Source: Acidobacteriota bacterium (lineage in GTDB: Bacteria > Acidobacteriota > UBA6911). Taken from it: a DNA stretch of 56,422 bases. The stretch is from positions 1-56,422 of the forward strand of contig JACADW010000080.1 in the NCBI GenBank assembly GCA_013388445.1, in the 5' to 3' direction. Shown piece after piece: positions 46,344 through 56,368 of the stretch. Made by a program: the position numbers and the translations under genes. The notes under the pieces were generated by a model. That model was not told the DNA's origin and did not search any database. It was given only the letters and a program-made list of their open reading frames with translations. Each line of letters opens with the position of its first letter. The stretch's first letter is position 1.

Positions 46344-47267
46344 ATGGAATCACAGGAGTTGGACGGCGTCATTCCCGCTCTGGTGACGCCGGTGGGCCCG
46401 GAAGGCGAGCTGGATCTGCAAACCATCCCAGAACTCGTCAATTTCCTCTTGTCACGTCGGGTTTCGGGATTGTTCGTTGCCGGCAGCACGGGGGAAGGCT
46501 TTTACCTGACGCCGGAGGAAAAAAAGCTGCTGGTGGAAAGCGTGGTCAGGGCGGTGCACAGGAGAGTTCCCGTCATTGTGCATCTCGCGAGTATGAACTT
46601 CCGCGAGATACTCGATCTGGCAGAGCATGCTCGCAGAGTCGGAGCAGACATGGTCTCCTCCGTGGTTCCGTTCTATTATTCCTACTCGCTGGAAGAGATC
46701 CGGGACTACTATTTGCGCATCGCCGAGGTTTCAGGGCTTCCGTTGATCGCCTATGCGTTGGTGCAAGTGATGAATCCCGCCGTGCCCCCACGCGAGTTTG
46801 TCAGAATGCTGCTGGAGGTGAAGGGGCTGTACGGCATCAAGTTCAGTTGTTCTGATATGTACTATCTCCAAAGACTGAAACAGCATTCCCCCGAAGAGCT
46901 TCGCTATTACGGTGGTTGGGATTCCCTGGCTCTCGCCATGTTTATGATGGGGGCGGTTGGCGTGATCGGCTCACAATACAACGCATTGCCTGAAATCTGG
47001 ATTGCCCTGTACTCCGCTTTCGTGCGAGGCGATCTGGCGCGGGCGAGGCAGATTCATGATCGTCTAAGCTATTTCATGAGCCAGTACGAATCAGTTCCGC
47101 CGGCGGCGCGTGCCAAGTATATACTGAGGCTCCGTGGAGTGGATGTCGGAGGGCAACGGCTGCCGCAACGTCCGCTCAGCCGGGAGCAAAAAGAGACGGT
47201 GCGGCGGGTATTCGAAGAGATGAAGCGAGACCAAATCTTCGGACCCATCCTGGAGAATGGTGCATGA
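46344..47267 (+). CDS. DHDPS/N-acetylneuraminate lyase-family class I aldolase
   Basis: ORF track starts at 46281. ATG 46344 follows AAGGAT. Motifs: GVIPALVTPV, FVAGSTGEGFYLT, VPFYY, Schiff-base Lys context YGIKFSCSD. Confidence 0.85.
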   Translation: MESQELDGVIPALVTPVGPEGELDLQTIPELVNFLLSRRVSGLFVAGSTGEGFYLTPEEKKLLVESVVRAVHRRVPVIVHLASMNFREILDLAEHARRVGADMVSSVVPFYYSYSLEEIRDYYLRIAEVSGLPLIAYALVQVMNPAVPPREFVRMLLEVKGLYGIKFSCSDMYYLQRLKQHSPEELRYYGGWDSLALAMFMMGAVGVIGSQYNALPEIWIALYSAFVRGDLARARQIHDRLSYFMSQYESVPPAARAKYILRLRGVDVGGQRLPQRPLSREQKETVRRVFEEMKRDQIFGPILENGA

Positions 47268-48763
47268 AACGCAGCATGGAAGTCAGGTTCTTACGTGTCC
47301 GATTTGGCGAAGCGAATGCAAGGAATCTTGTGCTGATGGCGGCACTCTCCCTAGTTCTAGCGGGCGGAATCTGTCTTGACAACGAGGAGATTGCGGTTCT
47401 GGAGCCCGCAAAGCGCGTCTCTGTTGTTAATGATGTCGATGTTGCGGTGGCCGGGGGTGGGATTAACGGGGTGTTTGCCGCAATCGCGGCGGCGCGGATG
47501 GGAGCGCGAACGGTTCTGATCGAACGCTTCGAGAGCTTGGGAGGGGTGGCAGGCCCGGGCATCAACCCGGGAGGAGGGGTGCAGATGCCGGGGCGGAGTG
47601 CCTGGGAAGAATTCAAACGGGGAAGCACCCCCTATCCTTATGTTTGGATTTTTCCGGAAATTGCCGGACTGCCGCGGGAATTCGCCTTGAAGCTTCAAGA
47701 CCTGACCGGCCCACGGTGGAACAGTCTTGAGAGATCCAATGCCTTTTCGTATCTGTGCACAAAGATGGCCGTGGATGCGGGAGTTTCCCTGCTCCTATCC
47801 ACATATGTGTGCGACCCGATCCTTGAGGAAAGCACAATCCGAGGACTCTATGTGGAGGGGAAGTCGGGCCGCCAGGCGGTGAAGGCCAGGGTTGTGATCG
47901 ACGCGACCGGTGAAGCGGACGTAGCCAGAAGAGCGAAGGTTCGTTTTCTTAGCCCAAAAGAGTCCTATTTTGAACTGGATTCGCACGCTCCCAACGGGAT
48001 CGGAATCTGGGCGTATGTCGCGGGAATCAACTGGGAAAAATACGAATCGTCGATCCAGTCGGGGCATTCCCGGCTCAAGTTCCGGCCACATCAGGTCGGC
48101 GATCTTGCGCAGGTGCAGATTTCTGAGCCGGAGTCGGGCGCTGCCCTGACTAAAATCGAGCCCGGACTGGGGGGAATGAAAGTCCAACTGGTGCGGCCTC
48201 ACGCAAAGGTGGATGCAGGGAACATTCTGCACATGTCTCAACTTCAAGCGGCAGTCAGGATCTATATATTCGAGGCCGTGCAGGAAATACGCAGGAGCGA
48301 ACCCGGATGTGAGAATGCGTACCTGGTTGCGATTGCTCCCTATCTAGGAATTCGTGGAGGCCCATGTATCGAAGGTGAATATACCTTGACTATGGACGAT
48401 TGCCTTTCCGGTCGGCGTTTTGACGATGTCATTTACCTGTATGGCGAAAATCGCGTTCTGCAAAAGACATGCGCTACGGGTTCTTGCGTCTGGGCGGATG
48501 TGCCCTATCGAGTGATGGTGCCCAAGAACCTCAAGGGCCTTCTGGCGGTCGGCAGGAGCGCTTCCGGTATTCCGGATACCCTCCTGCGCAACCGTACCGC
48601 GGTGCAACACATGGGCGAAGCGGCTGGGATTGCTGCCGCTATGGCCGCCAAGTCGGGTACTAGCCCTGGCAGCATTGACGTGAAGGGACTTCAGCGCAGG
48701 CTCTTGGATGCCGGGTATTACCTAGGTACCGACGAAAGGTTAAGGCAGCTGGGGCTGAGATGA
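47264..48763 (+). CDS. FAD-dependent oxidoreductase (FAD_oxidored/GIDA-like dinucleotide-binding fold)
   Basis: 499 aa. N-terminal hydrophobic segment LVLMAALSLVLAGGI, then VDVAVAGGGINGVFAAIAAARMGARTVLIERFESLGG (GxGxxG). ATGA overlap with the aldolase gene. Confidence 0.8.
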   Translation: MKRSMEVRFLRVRFGEANARNLVLMAALSLVLAGGICLDNEEIAVLEPAKRVSVVNDVDVAVAGGGINGVFAAIAAARMGARTVLIERFESLGGVAGPGINPGGGVQMPGRSAWEEFKRGSTPYPYVWIFPEIAGLPREFALKLQDLTGPRWNSLERSNAFSYLCTKMAVDAGVSLLLSTYVCDPILEESTIRGLYVEGKSGRQAVKARVVIDATGEADVARRAKVRFLSPKESYFELDSHAPNGIGIWAYVAGINWEKYESSIQSGHSRLKFRPHQVGDLAQVQISEPESGAALTKIEPGLGGMKVQLVRPHAKVDAGNILHMSQLQAAVRIYIFEAVQEIRRSEPGCENAYLVAIAPYLGIRGGPCIEGEYTLTMDDCLSGRRFDDVIYLYGENRVLQKTCATGSCVWADVPYRVMVPKNLKGLLAVGRSASGIPDTLLRNRTAVQHMGEAAGIAAAMAAKSGTSPGSIDVKGLQRRLLDAGYYLGTDERLRQLGLR

Positions 48764-48778
48764 GCCGGGATGCCTAAC

Positions 48779-49558
48779 TCAGCCCGTCCTTGCCTGGGAT
48801 CCGTAGTATCCCAGCTCGTGGGAAATGTGCTGGGCAGCGCGGGAGATTCTTTCTCCCAGGGCGGCATCACGCTCGCTCGGCAGCTGTTGGATGGTGCCGC
48901 TCGCCTCCAGGGCCGAGACTACTTTACCCTCGTCATTGAATACCGGAGCGGCCAGCGATCGTATCCAACTGGTCAACTCCTCATTTTCCACAGCATATCC
49001 CAGGCGCCGAACTTTCCGGAGCCCCTCGAGGAGCGCGTCAAGATCCGTAATGGAGTTTGCCGTGCGTCTGGGCATTCCCATGACACTCACGAAGTTTCTT
49101 GCTTCTTTTTCTTTGATATAGGCGAGAAACACCTTTCCGGCTGCCGAGCAGGTCGCCTCACGTCCTCCGGATCCTACTTGGATCCACAGAGGATCGGGGG
49201 AGTCCGCGCGCGCGATATCATAGATCTTGCCGTTCTCGAGGACTGCCAGGCGTACCGTCAGGCGAATATCCCTGGCCAGGTGCTCCATGTGGGGTCGGGC
49301 CGTGCGAATCAGGTCCGCTTCAAGTCGAAATACGTTGCCCAGCTCGAAAACCCGCAGGCCGAGAACATATCGGCGGTTCGGCCTTTGTTCGACCATACCC
49401 TTGGCTTCCAGGCTGAACAGCGTGCGGTGAACCGTGCTCTTGTTCTCTCCAAGATACTCGGCCAGCTCTGTTACACCCCATTCGGGATGCTCATCCGAAA
49501 AGCAGCACAGGACATCCAGCGCTCTGGCAAGGGAATAGAGCTCATAGCCCTTCTTCAT
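48779..49558 (-). CDS. IclR-family transcriptional regulator
   Basis: ORF track runs to 49597. ATG 49558 (MKKGYELYSLARALDVLCCFSDEHPEWGVTELAEYLGENKSTVHRTLFSL) has GGAG 8 nt upstream. The IclR effector domain includes ATCSAAGKVFLAY and SLAAPVF. Confidence 0.9.
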   Translation of the reverse strand: MKKGYELYSLARALDVLCCFSDEHPEWGVTELAEYLGENKSTVHRTLFSLEAKGMVEQRPNRRYVLGLRVFELGNVFRLEADLIRTARPHMEHLARDIRLTVRLAVLENGKIYDIARADSPDPLWIQVGSGGREATCSAAGKVFLAYIKEKEARNFVSVMGMPRRTANSITDLDALLEGLRKVRRLGYAVENEELTSWIRSLAAPVFNDEGKVVSALEASGTIQQLPSERDAALGERISRAAQHISHELGYYGSQARTG

Positions 49559-50194
49559 ATGCGACTCCGGACCTCGACCCCGGGTGCTATATAACAAGCA
49601 TACCTTCGAGGGTGCCGGCAGTCAAAAGTTCCTTTCCGACAGGAGGATTGCAGCGCGGCTTGATTGGGTCATCGAGGCTCGGAAACAAAGTGCCGGCAAG
49701 AATCCCACTCGGACAGTGTCCGTTTCGACCTACAAGCGACTTCTCGATTATTCCTGGGATAGGGGTGGTCATGCTGGATCGGCGTTCGCGCGGTTCCATG
49801 GAGTTTCAGGCAGGACATGGCATGTCCACCATGGCGGAATATCCCTCGAAATCACCCTTAGGAGGAACCGAGTGGATATAACAACCTCTAAGCTCGTCAG
49901 ACCGTCGGCTGCATCATAGAAAGCACAGTCGGGTTTCTAGGAGCCAAGGTCGGCATCGAGCCACCGGGCATGAGAAATGTTGATGATTTGGGATCGTGTT
50001 CCAGTGCCTACGAGCGTCCAGGCGGCTGACTGGAGAGCGCGAAGTCTGAAATGCCGAGCTCTTGTCTGCCCGGGCGCCATGCGTTGGAGGCCGATAGCAA
50101 TCGAAGCATACCTTGTCTCACAGATCCGACTCGGAATCCTTCCATGTAACAAACCCAATTGCATGGGCTTATTTCAACTGACTGTGGAGGGCAT

Positions 50195-51652
50195 ATGCAA
50201 GTCCGTGGACCCATGCTGTTTTTTGTCTGGGCCATTGTTTTTAGTCCCTTCGGCGGCTATGCGTGTGGTGGGGGCGTCCTAAAGGACAGTCCTGAGGCCG
50301 ACTATGGCAAGCCCAACATCGTTTTCATTCTGGCAGATGATCTGGGCTATGGCCACCTTGGCTGCTATGGTCAACGGATCATCCAGACGCCTCGTCTGGA
50401 TCGAATGGCTCAGGAGGGTCTGCGGTTCACGCGTGCGTACTCGGGCGGTACGGTGTGCGCTCCGAGCCGTGCATGCCTCATGACGGGCCTTCACGGCGGT
50501 CATGCCAGTGTCCGGGCCAACACGGGAGGAACTCCACTCGCGGAAGGGGAGGTCACCCTCGGTGACGTAATGCGGTCCGGGGGCTACGTTACCGCGGCCT
50601 TTGGGAAATGGGGGCTCGGTGACATGGACACAGTAGGGGTTCCCCTGCGCCGCGGTTTCGACGAGTTCTTCGGATACCTGCACCAAGCACACGCTCACTT
50701 TTATTATCCGGAATACCTCTGGCGGAACTCGGTGCGGTTCCCCTTTTCCGCAAACATCGGGGGACAGACCCGTCAATACACACACGATCTCATCATGGGC
50801 CGGGCACTGGAATTCGTGCGCGCCCACAGACACAAGCCTTTCTTCCTCTACCTGGCATTCACGATCCCTCATTATGAACTGCTCGTTCCCGAAGGTCCTC
50901 ACTTGGATCGATATAAGGGCAAGTTCCCTGAAACACCTTACCGTGGTCGCGGTCGGCCGACAGGATATCCTACAGACTACGCAGCGCAGGACTACCCGAG
51001 AGCAACCACAGCTGCCATGATCACGTACATGGATCAGGGGATCGGCCAATTACTCGATCTGATTCAGGAACTGGGGATCGACCGGCAAACCATCGTCTTT
51101 TTCACCAGCGACAACGGGCCCGCGACCGGACCCAGTGATCCCGATTTTTTCGATGCGAACGGGCCCCTGAGAGGCTACAAGCGAGACCTCTATGAAGGTG
51201 GCATACGGGTACCGATGATCGTGCGCTGGCCTGGACGAATCAAAGCGGGCAGCATCAGCGACTTCGCCTGGTATTTCGCGGACGTTCTGCCGACCCTGGC
51301 GGAACTGGCCTCCGCGTCGACGCAAAGGCCCAGGGACGGTATATCCGTGCTGCCGGTTCTCCTGGGGCATAAACCTCCCCAGCGGCGCTCCCCCATGTTC
51401 TGGGAGTACTGGGCATCCCCCGAGGGTCCCGAGACACAGGCCATTCTAGAAGGGGATTGGAAGATCATACACTGGACGGATGATTCCAAGACCGAGCTGT
51501 ATGACATCGGTCGAGATATAGGCGAGTCTAGGAACTTGGCAGCGCGCAGACCCGAGGTGGTGCGGAAGTTGCTGACCGCTATGAGATCCTGTCGTAGCGA
51601 CCCACCGGAGCAGGCAGAACCGACCAAACCTGCCGGGGCAAGGTGGCGGTAG
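50195..51652 (+). CDS. arylsulfatase-family sulfatase (formylglycine-dependent)
   Basis: ORF track starts at TTG 50159. ATG 50195 (MQVRGPMLFFVWAIVFSPF, a signal peptide) follows GGAGGG. Motifs: PNIVFILADDLGYG, CAPSRACLMTG (the C-x-P-x-R FGly motif), FTSDNGP. Confidence 0.9.
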   Translation: MQVRGPMLFFVWAIVFSPFGGYACGGGVLKDSPEADYGKPNIVFILADDLGYGHLGCYGQRIIQTPRLDRMAQEGLRFTRAYSGGTVCAPSRACLMTGLHGGHASVRANTGGTPLAEGEVTLGDVMRSGGYVTAAFGKWGLGDMDTVGVPLRRGFDEFFGYLHQAHAHFYYPEYLWRNSVRFPFSANIGGQTRQYTHDLIMGRALEFVRAHRHKPFFLYLAFTIPHYELLVPEGPHLDRYKGKFPETPYRGRGRPTGYPTDYAAQDYPRATTAAMITYMDQGIGQLLDLIQELGIDRQTIVFFTSDNGPATGPSDPDFFDANGPLRGYKRDLYEGGIRVPMIVRWPGRIKAGSISDFAWYFADVLPTLAELASASTQRPRDGISVLPVLLGHKPPQRRSPMFWEYWASPEGPETQAILEGDWKIIHWTDDSKTELYDIGRDIGESRNLAARRPEVVRKLLTAMRSCRSDPPEQAEPTKPAGARWR

Positions 51653-51802
51653 GAAGCGCCACGCTGGTGGCAGATGGGGGTTGCATGTTTCATCAGGCAG
51701 AACGGGCCTTCTGAAACATTGAGGCCTAATCGTCCGGCAGTGAAAATGAAGGCTGCAGGATCACGGGGAGAAGCCAAGATTAAGTCAAGGAGGAGAGACA
51801 CA

Positions 51803-54800
51803 ATGAGTTTCAGGTTACATCGTTTCTGGGCACTCTGGGCCGCCCTGTTTTTCATTACGGTGGTGTCGGCCTGGGCGCAGGATCCCAGCGGACACATCCG
51901 CGGGGTTGTCAAGGATCCGAGCGGAGCACGCGTACCCGGGGCTGAGGTGGTGGTGACGAACACCGACACGGGAATGAAGCGGCTGCTGATGGCAAACGAC
52001 GAGGGGCTATTTAGCGCCCCCAGGTTGCAGACCGGCAACTATTCGGTGGAGGTCTCCAGCCCCGGATTTGCCAGACAGGTACAGACAGGGATTTCTCTTG
52101 GTGCGGGGGCCTCGATCGAATTGACCTTTACCCTCCAGTTGGGAGGACTTTCCGATGTGGTCACGGTGCAATCGGAAGTGCCTTTGGTCAATACTACCTC
52201 TGGGATCCAACGCCATTCTCTCGAACTGGAGATCCTGGATGCATTGCCTCTCGGTGCCCGGAACTCCAACGACCTGCTCCGTTTCACACCGGGCGCAGTC
52301 CAGGCAGGCACGCCCAGGTTCGGCAATGAATACTCCCTGAGCGGGATCCGAGCCAGTTCGACCAACTTCACCCTCGATGGGATTGACGCGAACGATTCAT
52401 GGAACAGTTCCGCCAACAAGCTGCCTCCCCCTGAGGCGCTGAAGGAGTTCACCGTCCAGACGAATTACTCGGCGGAATACGGCCGCGGGGGCGGCGCAGC
52501 CGTAGTGGCATTGATAAAGAGTGGAACCAACGCGTTTCACGGGAGCGTCTACGACTATCTCCGTTTCGAGGATTGGGACGCGAACTCCTTCCAGCGCAAT
52601 GCGTTGGGCCAGAAGAAGGGGGACCTCAAGCGCCACCAGATCGGATTCACGGCCGGAGGGCCGGTGTTTCTTCCGAAAATCTACGATGGCCGGAACCGCA
52701 CCATGTTTTTCGTAAATTATCAAATACTCAGGACGCCTTCGGCCCCCTATTTGGTGCGACGGGGCGGACTGACTGCCGCTGAACTGGCGGGGGATTTTTC
52801 GGCCTCACAGACGGTGCCCCTCGTGGGTGCCACGGGCGCGAAGGCGATCGGGTCACCGTTTGCCGGCATGCAGGGACAGAAGATTCCGGATCTCAGCCGC
52901 TGGGTTAGTCCCACGGCGGTCCGATGGTACGAAATGCTGAAGTTTCCGATTGTCAGCAAGAGCGGGGAGTATTTTTACGTTTCCAAGGTTCGGCGGGATA
53001 ACTTGCCCGAAGTAAGTCTCAGGATCGACCAGTCGATCTTCCGGAACAACAGCTTGGGATTCAGCATGTATTATCGGCACGACCACCCGGATCCTGTCTG
53101 GGCCGACGATAACACGGAGCTTTTCCGGGGCAATTCCACATTCAAGAGCCAGGTTTACACGTTGTCGGATGTGTGGACGATCCGGCCCAACCTGGTGAAT
53201 GAACTCGTACTGGGCTACAACCGTCTTTTCGAGGAACGTGTTCAGGATTATGGTGGCGTCAAGTATTCGGATTTCGGCATCCCTCTTCCGGCGATGCATC
53301 CCAAGCAGATGGTCCAGGCCCAAAAGACTTTCGGGCCTTACGCCTATTTTTTGTTCTCCGCCGAGTCGCCCAAGTTCGAGGGGCGCGACGTAAAAGACTT
53401 CCGCGACGTGGTCAGCCTGAACAAGGGCCGGCACTTCATGAGAACCGGTGGGCTTCTGCAGATTCACGACGTCTATCATCTGGGGGTGGGGGCTTTCAGC
53501 CTAGGGTATTCCGGCGCCTTCCTAACGAACCCGGCGGCGGAGTTCATCATCGGCTGGCCTGCGGCCATAGCCGGACCCGGCGAGCCTTTCTACCGCAACA
53601 CGCGCAAATACGCCCCGGCGCTCTTCTTCCAGGACGACTGGAAGATCACCCCGGACTTGACTTTGAACTTGGGCATTCGTTACGAACCGAACATGTGGGC
53701 CTACGTGAAGAGCGACAGAGCTCTCATTCTCAAGCCGGGCCTCGTGTCGAAGCAGTATTCCAACTTTCCTCCCGGTTTCATCACGGTCACGGATCCGCAG
53801 TCCCCGAACCGTGCCGGACGGGAGAATGACATGAACAACTTCGCGCCTCGCCTGGGATTCGCGTACCGTTTCGATGAGATGGGCAAGAAGGTCATCCGCG
53901 CCGGGTGGGGTCTCTATTATGACTCGACGGATTCCAATCGGGACGGTGTCAACCTTGTCACGAGATACCCGTTTTTCCATGCCTATTCCGGAGACCTGAC
54001 GCCAAAGTTCCCGGCCAACGACGCTTGGTTGAACCACTTTACGTATGCTGGCTTGCCGGTTCCCGACCTGAGCAAGCCGGTCGACGTTTCCACAGCGGTT
54101 TTCAATCCAGACGTGGCCTATGCCGGCTACTTTCCGGTCACTACCCTTGGATACGTACACCAGTGGAACCTGACCTGGGAGCATGAATTTCGATCCGGCT
54201 ACAGTTACCGCACGGCGTACCTGGGAAGCCGGGGAGTGAATCTTTGGTCCACATCCTGGCACAACCTTCCGGTTACTCGCGACGCCAACGACAGCTGGAA
54301 CAAGGAGAACATGGCGGAGCGCCGGCCCGACCAAACCCATAGGTACAGGCAATGGGAATACTCCGATAACTGGGCAGGCTCTTCCTACCGCGGACTGCAG
54401 ATCGGATTCCGGGCGCGTAAGGCGACCTACCATGTTCAGGCAGACTACACGCTCTCGAGGGCTTTCGGACACATCGACGGCATCTGGCGGAACCAATACT
54501 TTCCTTCACAGCCCGTAGATCACGATGTCGACTGGTCCAGAACCACCTACGACCGGCTGCACAATCTACTGGTCATTCCCAGTTGGGATCTGCCGGTATT
54601 TCGAGGACGAAACTACCTGGTGGGGAAGATCCTTGGCGGTTGGAACATGGCCTGGGTAATCAGCGCTCAGAGCGGCCAGCCGGTCAATCTGCGAGTGAGT
54701 ACCAACAACACGTTTACTTGCTCGGGCTGTTTTGTCAGACCGAACGTGACGGGTCAGCCGTACTACAACGCAAATTGGCGGAAAGATCCGAATCTCGTCT

Positions 54801-55096
54801 ATCTAAATGCAGCGGCTTTCGCTGCCCCCGAACCTCGGACCTACGGGAACCTCAAAAGGAACGCTCTTCAGTGGCCGGCGACTCAGAACGTGGACATGAG
54901 TTTGAACAAGAGCTTCCGCCTGTCCCAGGAGAATCTTCAGCTCGATGTCAAGCTTGAAATCTTCAACTTGTTCAACCACACGAATTTTTCAGCCCCGAGC
55001 GCATCCATCACAACCACCCCTGTACAGTACACGATGAAGAACTCCTGGACGTGGCAGCCACGCCAGATGCAGGGCGGAATCCGTGTCCGCTGGTGA
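51803..55096 (+). CDS. TonB-dependent outer-membrane receptor with N-terminal carboxypeptidase-regulatory-like domain
   Basis: ORF track starts at 51674. ATG 51803 follows AAGGAGGAG and gives the signal peptide MSFRLHRFWALWAALFFITVVSAWAQ. The CarboxypepD_reg-like segment is IRGVVKDPSGARVPGAEVVVTNTDTG...NYSVEVSSPGF. It is about 1100 aa, rich in beta-strand Y/N/G/F, and ends in an aromatic residue (...RVRW). Confidence 0.85.
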   Translation: MSFRLHRFWALWAALFFITVVSAWAQDPSGHIRGVVKDPSGARVPGAEVVVTNTDTGMKRLLMANDEGLFSAPRLQTGNYSVEVSSPGFARQVQTGISLGAGASIELTFTLQLGGLSDVVTVQSEVPLVNTTSGIQRHSLELEILDALPLGARNSNDLLRFTPGAVQAGTPRFGNEYSLSGIRASSTNFTLDGIDANDSWNSSANKLPPPEALKEFTVQTNYSAEYGRGGGAAVVALIKSGTNAFHGSVYDYLRFEDWDANSFQRNALGQKKGDLKRHQIGFTAGGPVFLPKIYDGRNRTMFFVNYQILRTPSAPYLVRRGGLTAAELAGDFSASQTVPLVGATGAKAIGSPFAGMQGQKIPDLSRWVSPTAVRWYEMLKFPIVSKSGEYFYVSKVRRDNLPEVSLRIDQSIFRNNSLGFSMYYRHDHPDPVWADDNTELFRGNSTFKSQVYTLSDVWTIRPNLVNELVLGYNRLFEERVQDYGGVKYSDFGIPLPAMHPKQMVQAQKTFGPYAYFLFSAESPKFEGRDVKDFRDVVSLNKGRHFMRTGGLLQIHDVYHLGVGAFSLGYSGAFLTNPAAEFIIGWPAAIAGPGEPFYRNTRKYAPALFFQDDWKITPDLTLNLGIRYEPNMWAYVKSDRALILKPGLVSKQYSNFPPGFITVTDPQSPNRAGRENDMNNFAPRLGFAYRFDEMGKKVIRAGWGLYYDSTDSNRDGVNLVTRYPFFHAYSGDLTPKFPANDAWLNHFTYAGLPVPDLSKPVDVSTAVFNPDVAYAGYFPVTTLGYVHQWNLTWEHEFRSGYSYRTAYLGSRGVNLWSTSWHNLPVTRDANDSWNKENMAERRPDQTHRYRQWEYSDNWAGSSYRGLQIGFRARKATYHVQADYTLSRAFGHIDGIWRNQYFPSQPVDHDVDWSRTTYDRLHNLLVIPSWDLPVFRGRNYLVGKILGGWNMAWVISAQSGQPVNLRVSTNNTFTCSGCFVRPNVTGQPYYNANWRKDPNLVYLNAAAFAAPEPRTYGNLKRNALQWPATQNVDMSLNKSFRLSQENLQLDVKLEIFNLFNHTNFSAPSASITTTPVQYTMKNSWTWQPRQMQGGIRVRW

Positions 55097-55118
55097 ACTC
55101 GGCCTGCCTTCAAGCCCC

Positions 55119-55166
55119 GCAGCCGCTCCCGGATTCCCCGGCGCGGGAGCGGCTGCCGGCTTCTTT
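55119..55166 (+). terminator. rho-independent-type terminator hairpin after the TonB-dependent receptor gene
   Basis: A perfect 13-bp stem GCAGCCGCTCCCG (55119..55131) / CGGGAGCGGCTGC (55144..55156) with a 12-nt loop, followed by the T-rich CGGCTTCTTT. It starts 23 nt after the stop at 55096. Confidence 0.55.
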
Positions 55167-55447
55167 AGCAGGCGCTGTGTGCCGCTGCGCTGTGTTCCTG
55201 CGGCCCGCAATCAGAGCCGCCGAGAGGACGCCCTTATAATAGTCGCTCATGGACCTGTCGGCGCAATCGACTATGCATGAAAATGTGGCCAGGCCGAGTG
55301 CGCTGCGGCGGCCCGACGCGGCCGTCATTGAGGCGGCGCTGACGTTACCCCTTTGGCGCCGCCCGGTGGCCGGCGCGGACCTGGGCGCTCGCGACTCGTT
55401 TATTCCTTTTTTCGGAAGAGAGGAAAGATAGAGAGGGAGGAAGAGCA

Positions 55448-56368
55448 ATGCCTTTTCAGCTTTCACGGCGCGGTTTTATTAGCGCTGCGGCAGGGTCCGG
55501 CAGCCTCGTGAGCCTGGTGCGAGAGACGGCCGCTGAAGCCGCGAGTACGCCCGGACGCCGGGCCACCCGGATCCACGTCCTCTACGCAGCAGGAGTGGGT
55601 GCAAAGTGGCCGAGTCCTGATGTGGATGCCGTGGCCGAAAGCCGCGAATATCAGTCTCGGCTTATCCGACTCGCCGGACTCTGGCGCTCCCTGCATCCCG
55701 GCTGGGATTACTCGGTAGAGTTTGTGGGGGGAGAGGTGGTAGGGTCCGAAGAAGAACTGGTCAAGTGCTGGAGTGCACAAAGAGAGATAGATGGGCTATT
55801 GATAGTTTCACTTTCCCAAGTCCGGGGCGTGGTCCCGGCCGCTTTGAAACTGGATTGTCCGAAAATCTTCTACTTCCCATCTCCGAGTACCGCAGGATTT
55901 GTCGTGGTGGGCAGGGCAATTCGCGAGGGATCACGCGCGTGCATGGTATATAGCAGCGATCTGGGGGAGATTGAGCCGTATGTGCGCGCGATTGACACCC
56001 TGCGTCGTCTCGGGCAGTCGAAGATCCTGTGTCTGACGACCCAGTCGCAGCGGGTTCAGAGTTTTGACCCCGACAAGATGCGAGCAAAGTTCGGTGTCCA
56101 GGTCCAGCCCATGGACTTCACACGCCTCAACCGGTTGTTTGAAGGAGCCGACGAAGCTGCGGCGACGCGGCTGGCCGAAGAATTCTGCCGGGCAGCAGTT
56201 CGTGTGGTGGAACCTTCACGTCAGGAGATCATCGATGCCCACAAGTTCTACTTAGCCGTAAAGCGATTACTCCAGGAGGAGGCGGCGACTGTAATCACGA
56301 TCGATTGGCAGCGCCGATCTAATTCGCCCCCCGTTATGCCGGCGTTAATGTCTCCTCCGAAGAGCTGA
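55448..56368 (+). CDS. Tat-signal hypothetical protein
   Basis: The ATG is preceded by GGGAGGAAGAG. Twin-arginine leader MPFQLSRRGFISAAAGSGSL. I do not recognise any family. The last ~25 residues (WQRRSNSPPVMPALMSPPKS) look low-complexity, so the 3' end is uncertain near the window edge. Confidence 0.55.
   Translation: MPFQLSRRGFISAAAGSGSLVSLVRETAAEAASTPGRRATRIHVLYAAGVGAKWPSPDVDAVAESREYQSRLIRLAGLWRSLHPGWDYSVEFVGGEVVGSEEELVKCWSAQREIDGLLIVSLSQVRGVVPAALKLDCPKIFYFPSPSTAGFVVVGRAIREGSRACMVYSSDLGEIEPYVRAIDTLRRLGQSKILCLTTQSQRVQSFDPDKMRAKFGVQVQPMDFTRLNRLFEGADEAAATRLAEEFCRAAVRVVEPSRQEIIDAHKFYLAVKRLLQEEAATVITIDWQRRSNSPPVMPALMSPPKS

Noticed and set aside
49612-49881. Short plus-strand ORFs in the IclR/sulfatase spacer (for example the 36-aa MLDRRSRGSMEFQAGHGMSTMAEYPSKSPLGGTEWI with AGGGGTGG upstream)
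   Set aside because: No recognisable family, no supporting conservation data, and composition typical of non-coding sequence. Not reportable without ribosome profiling or homologues.
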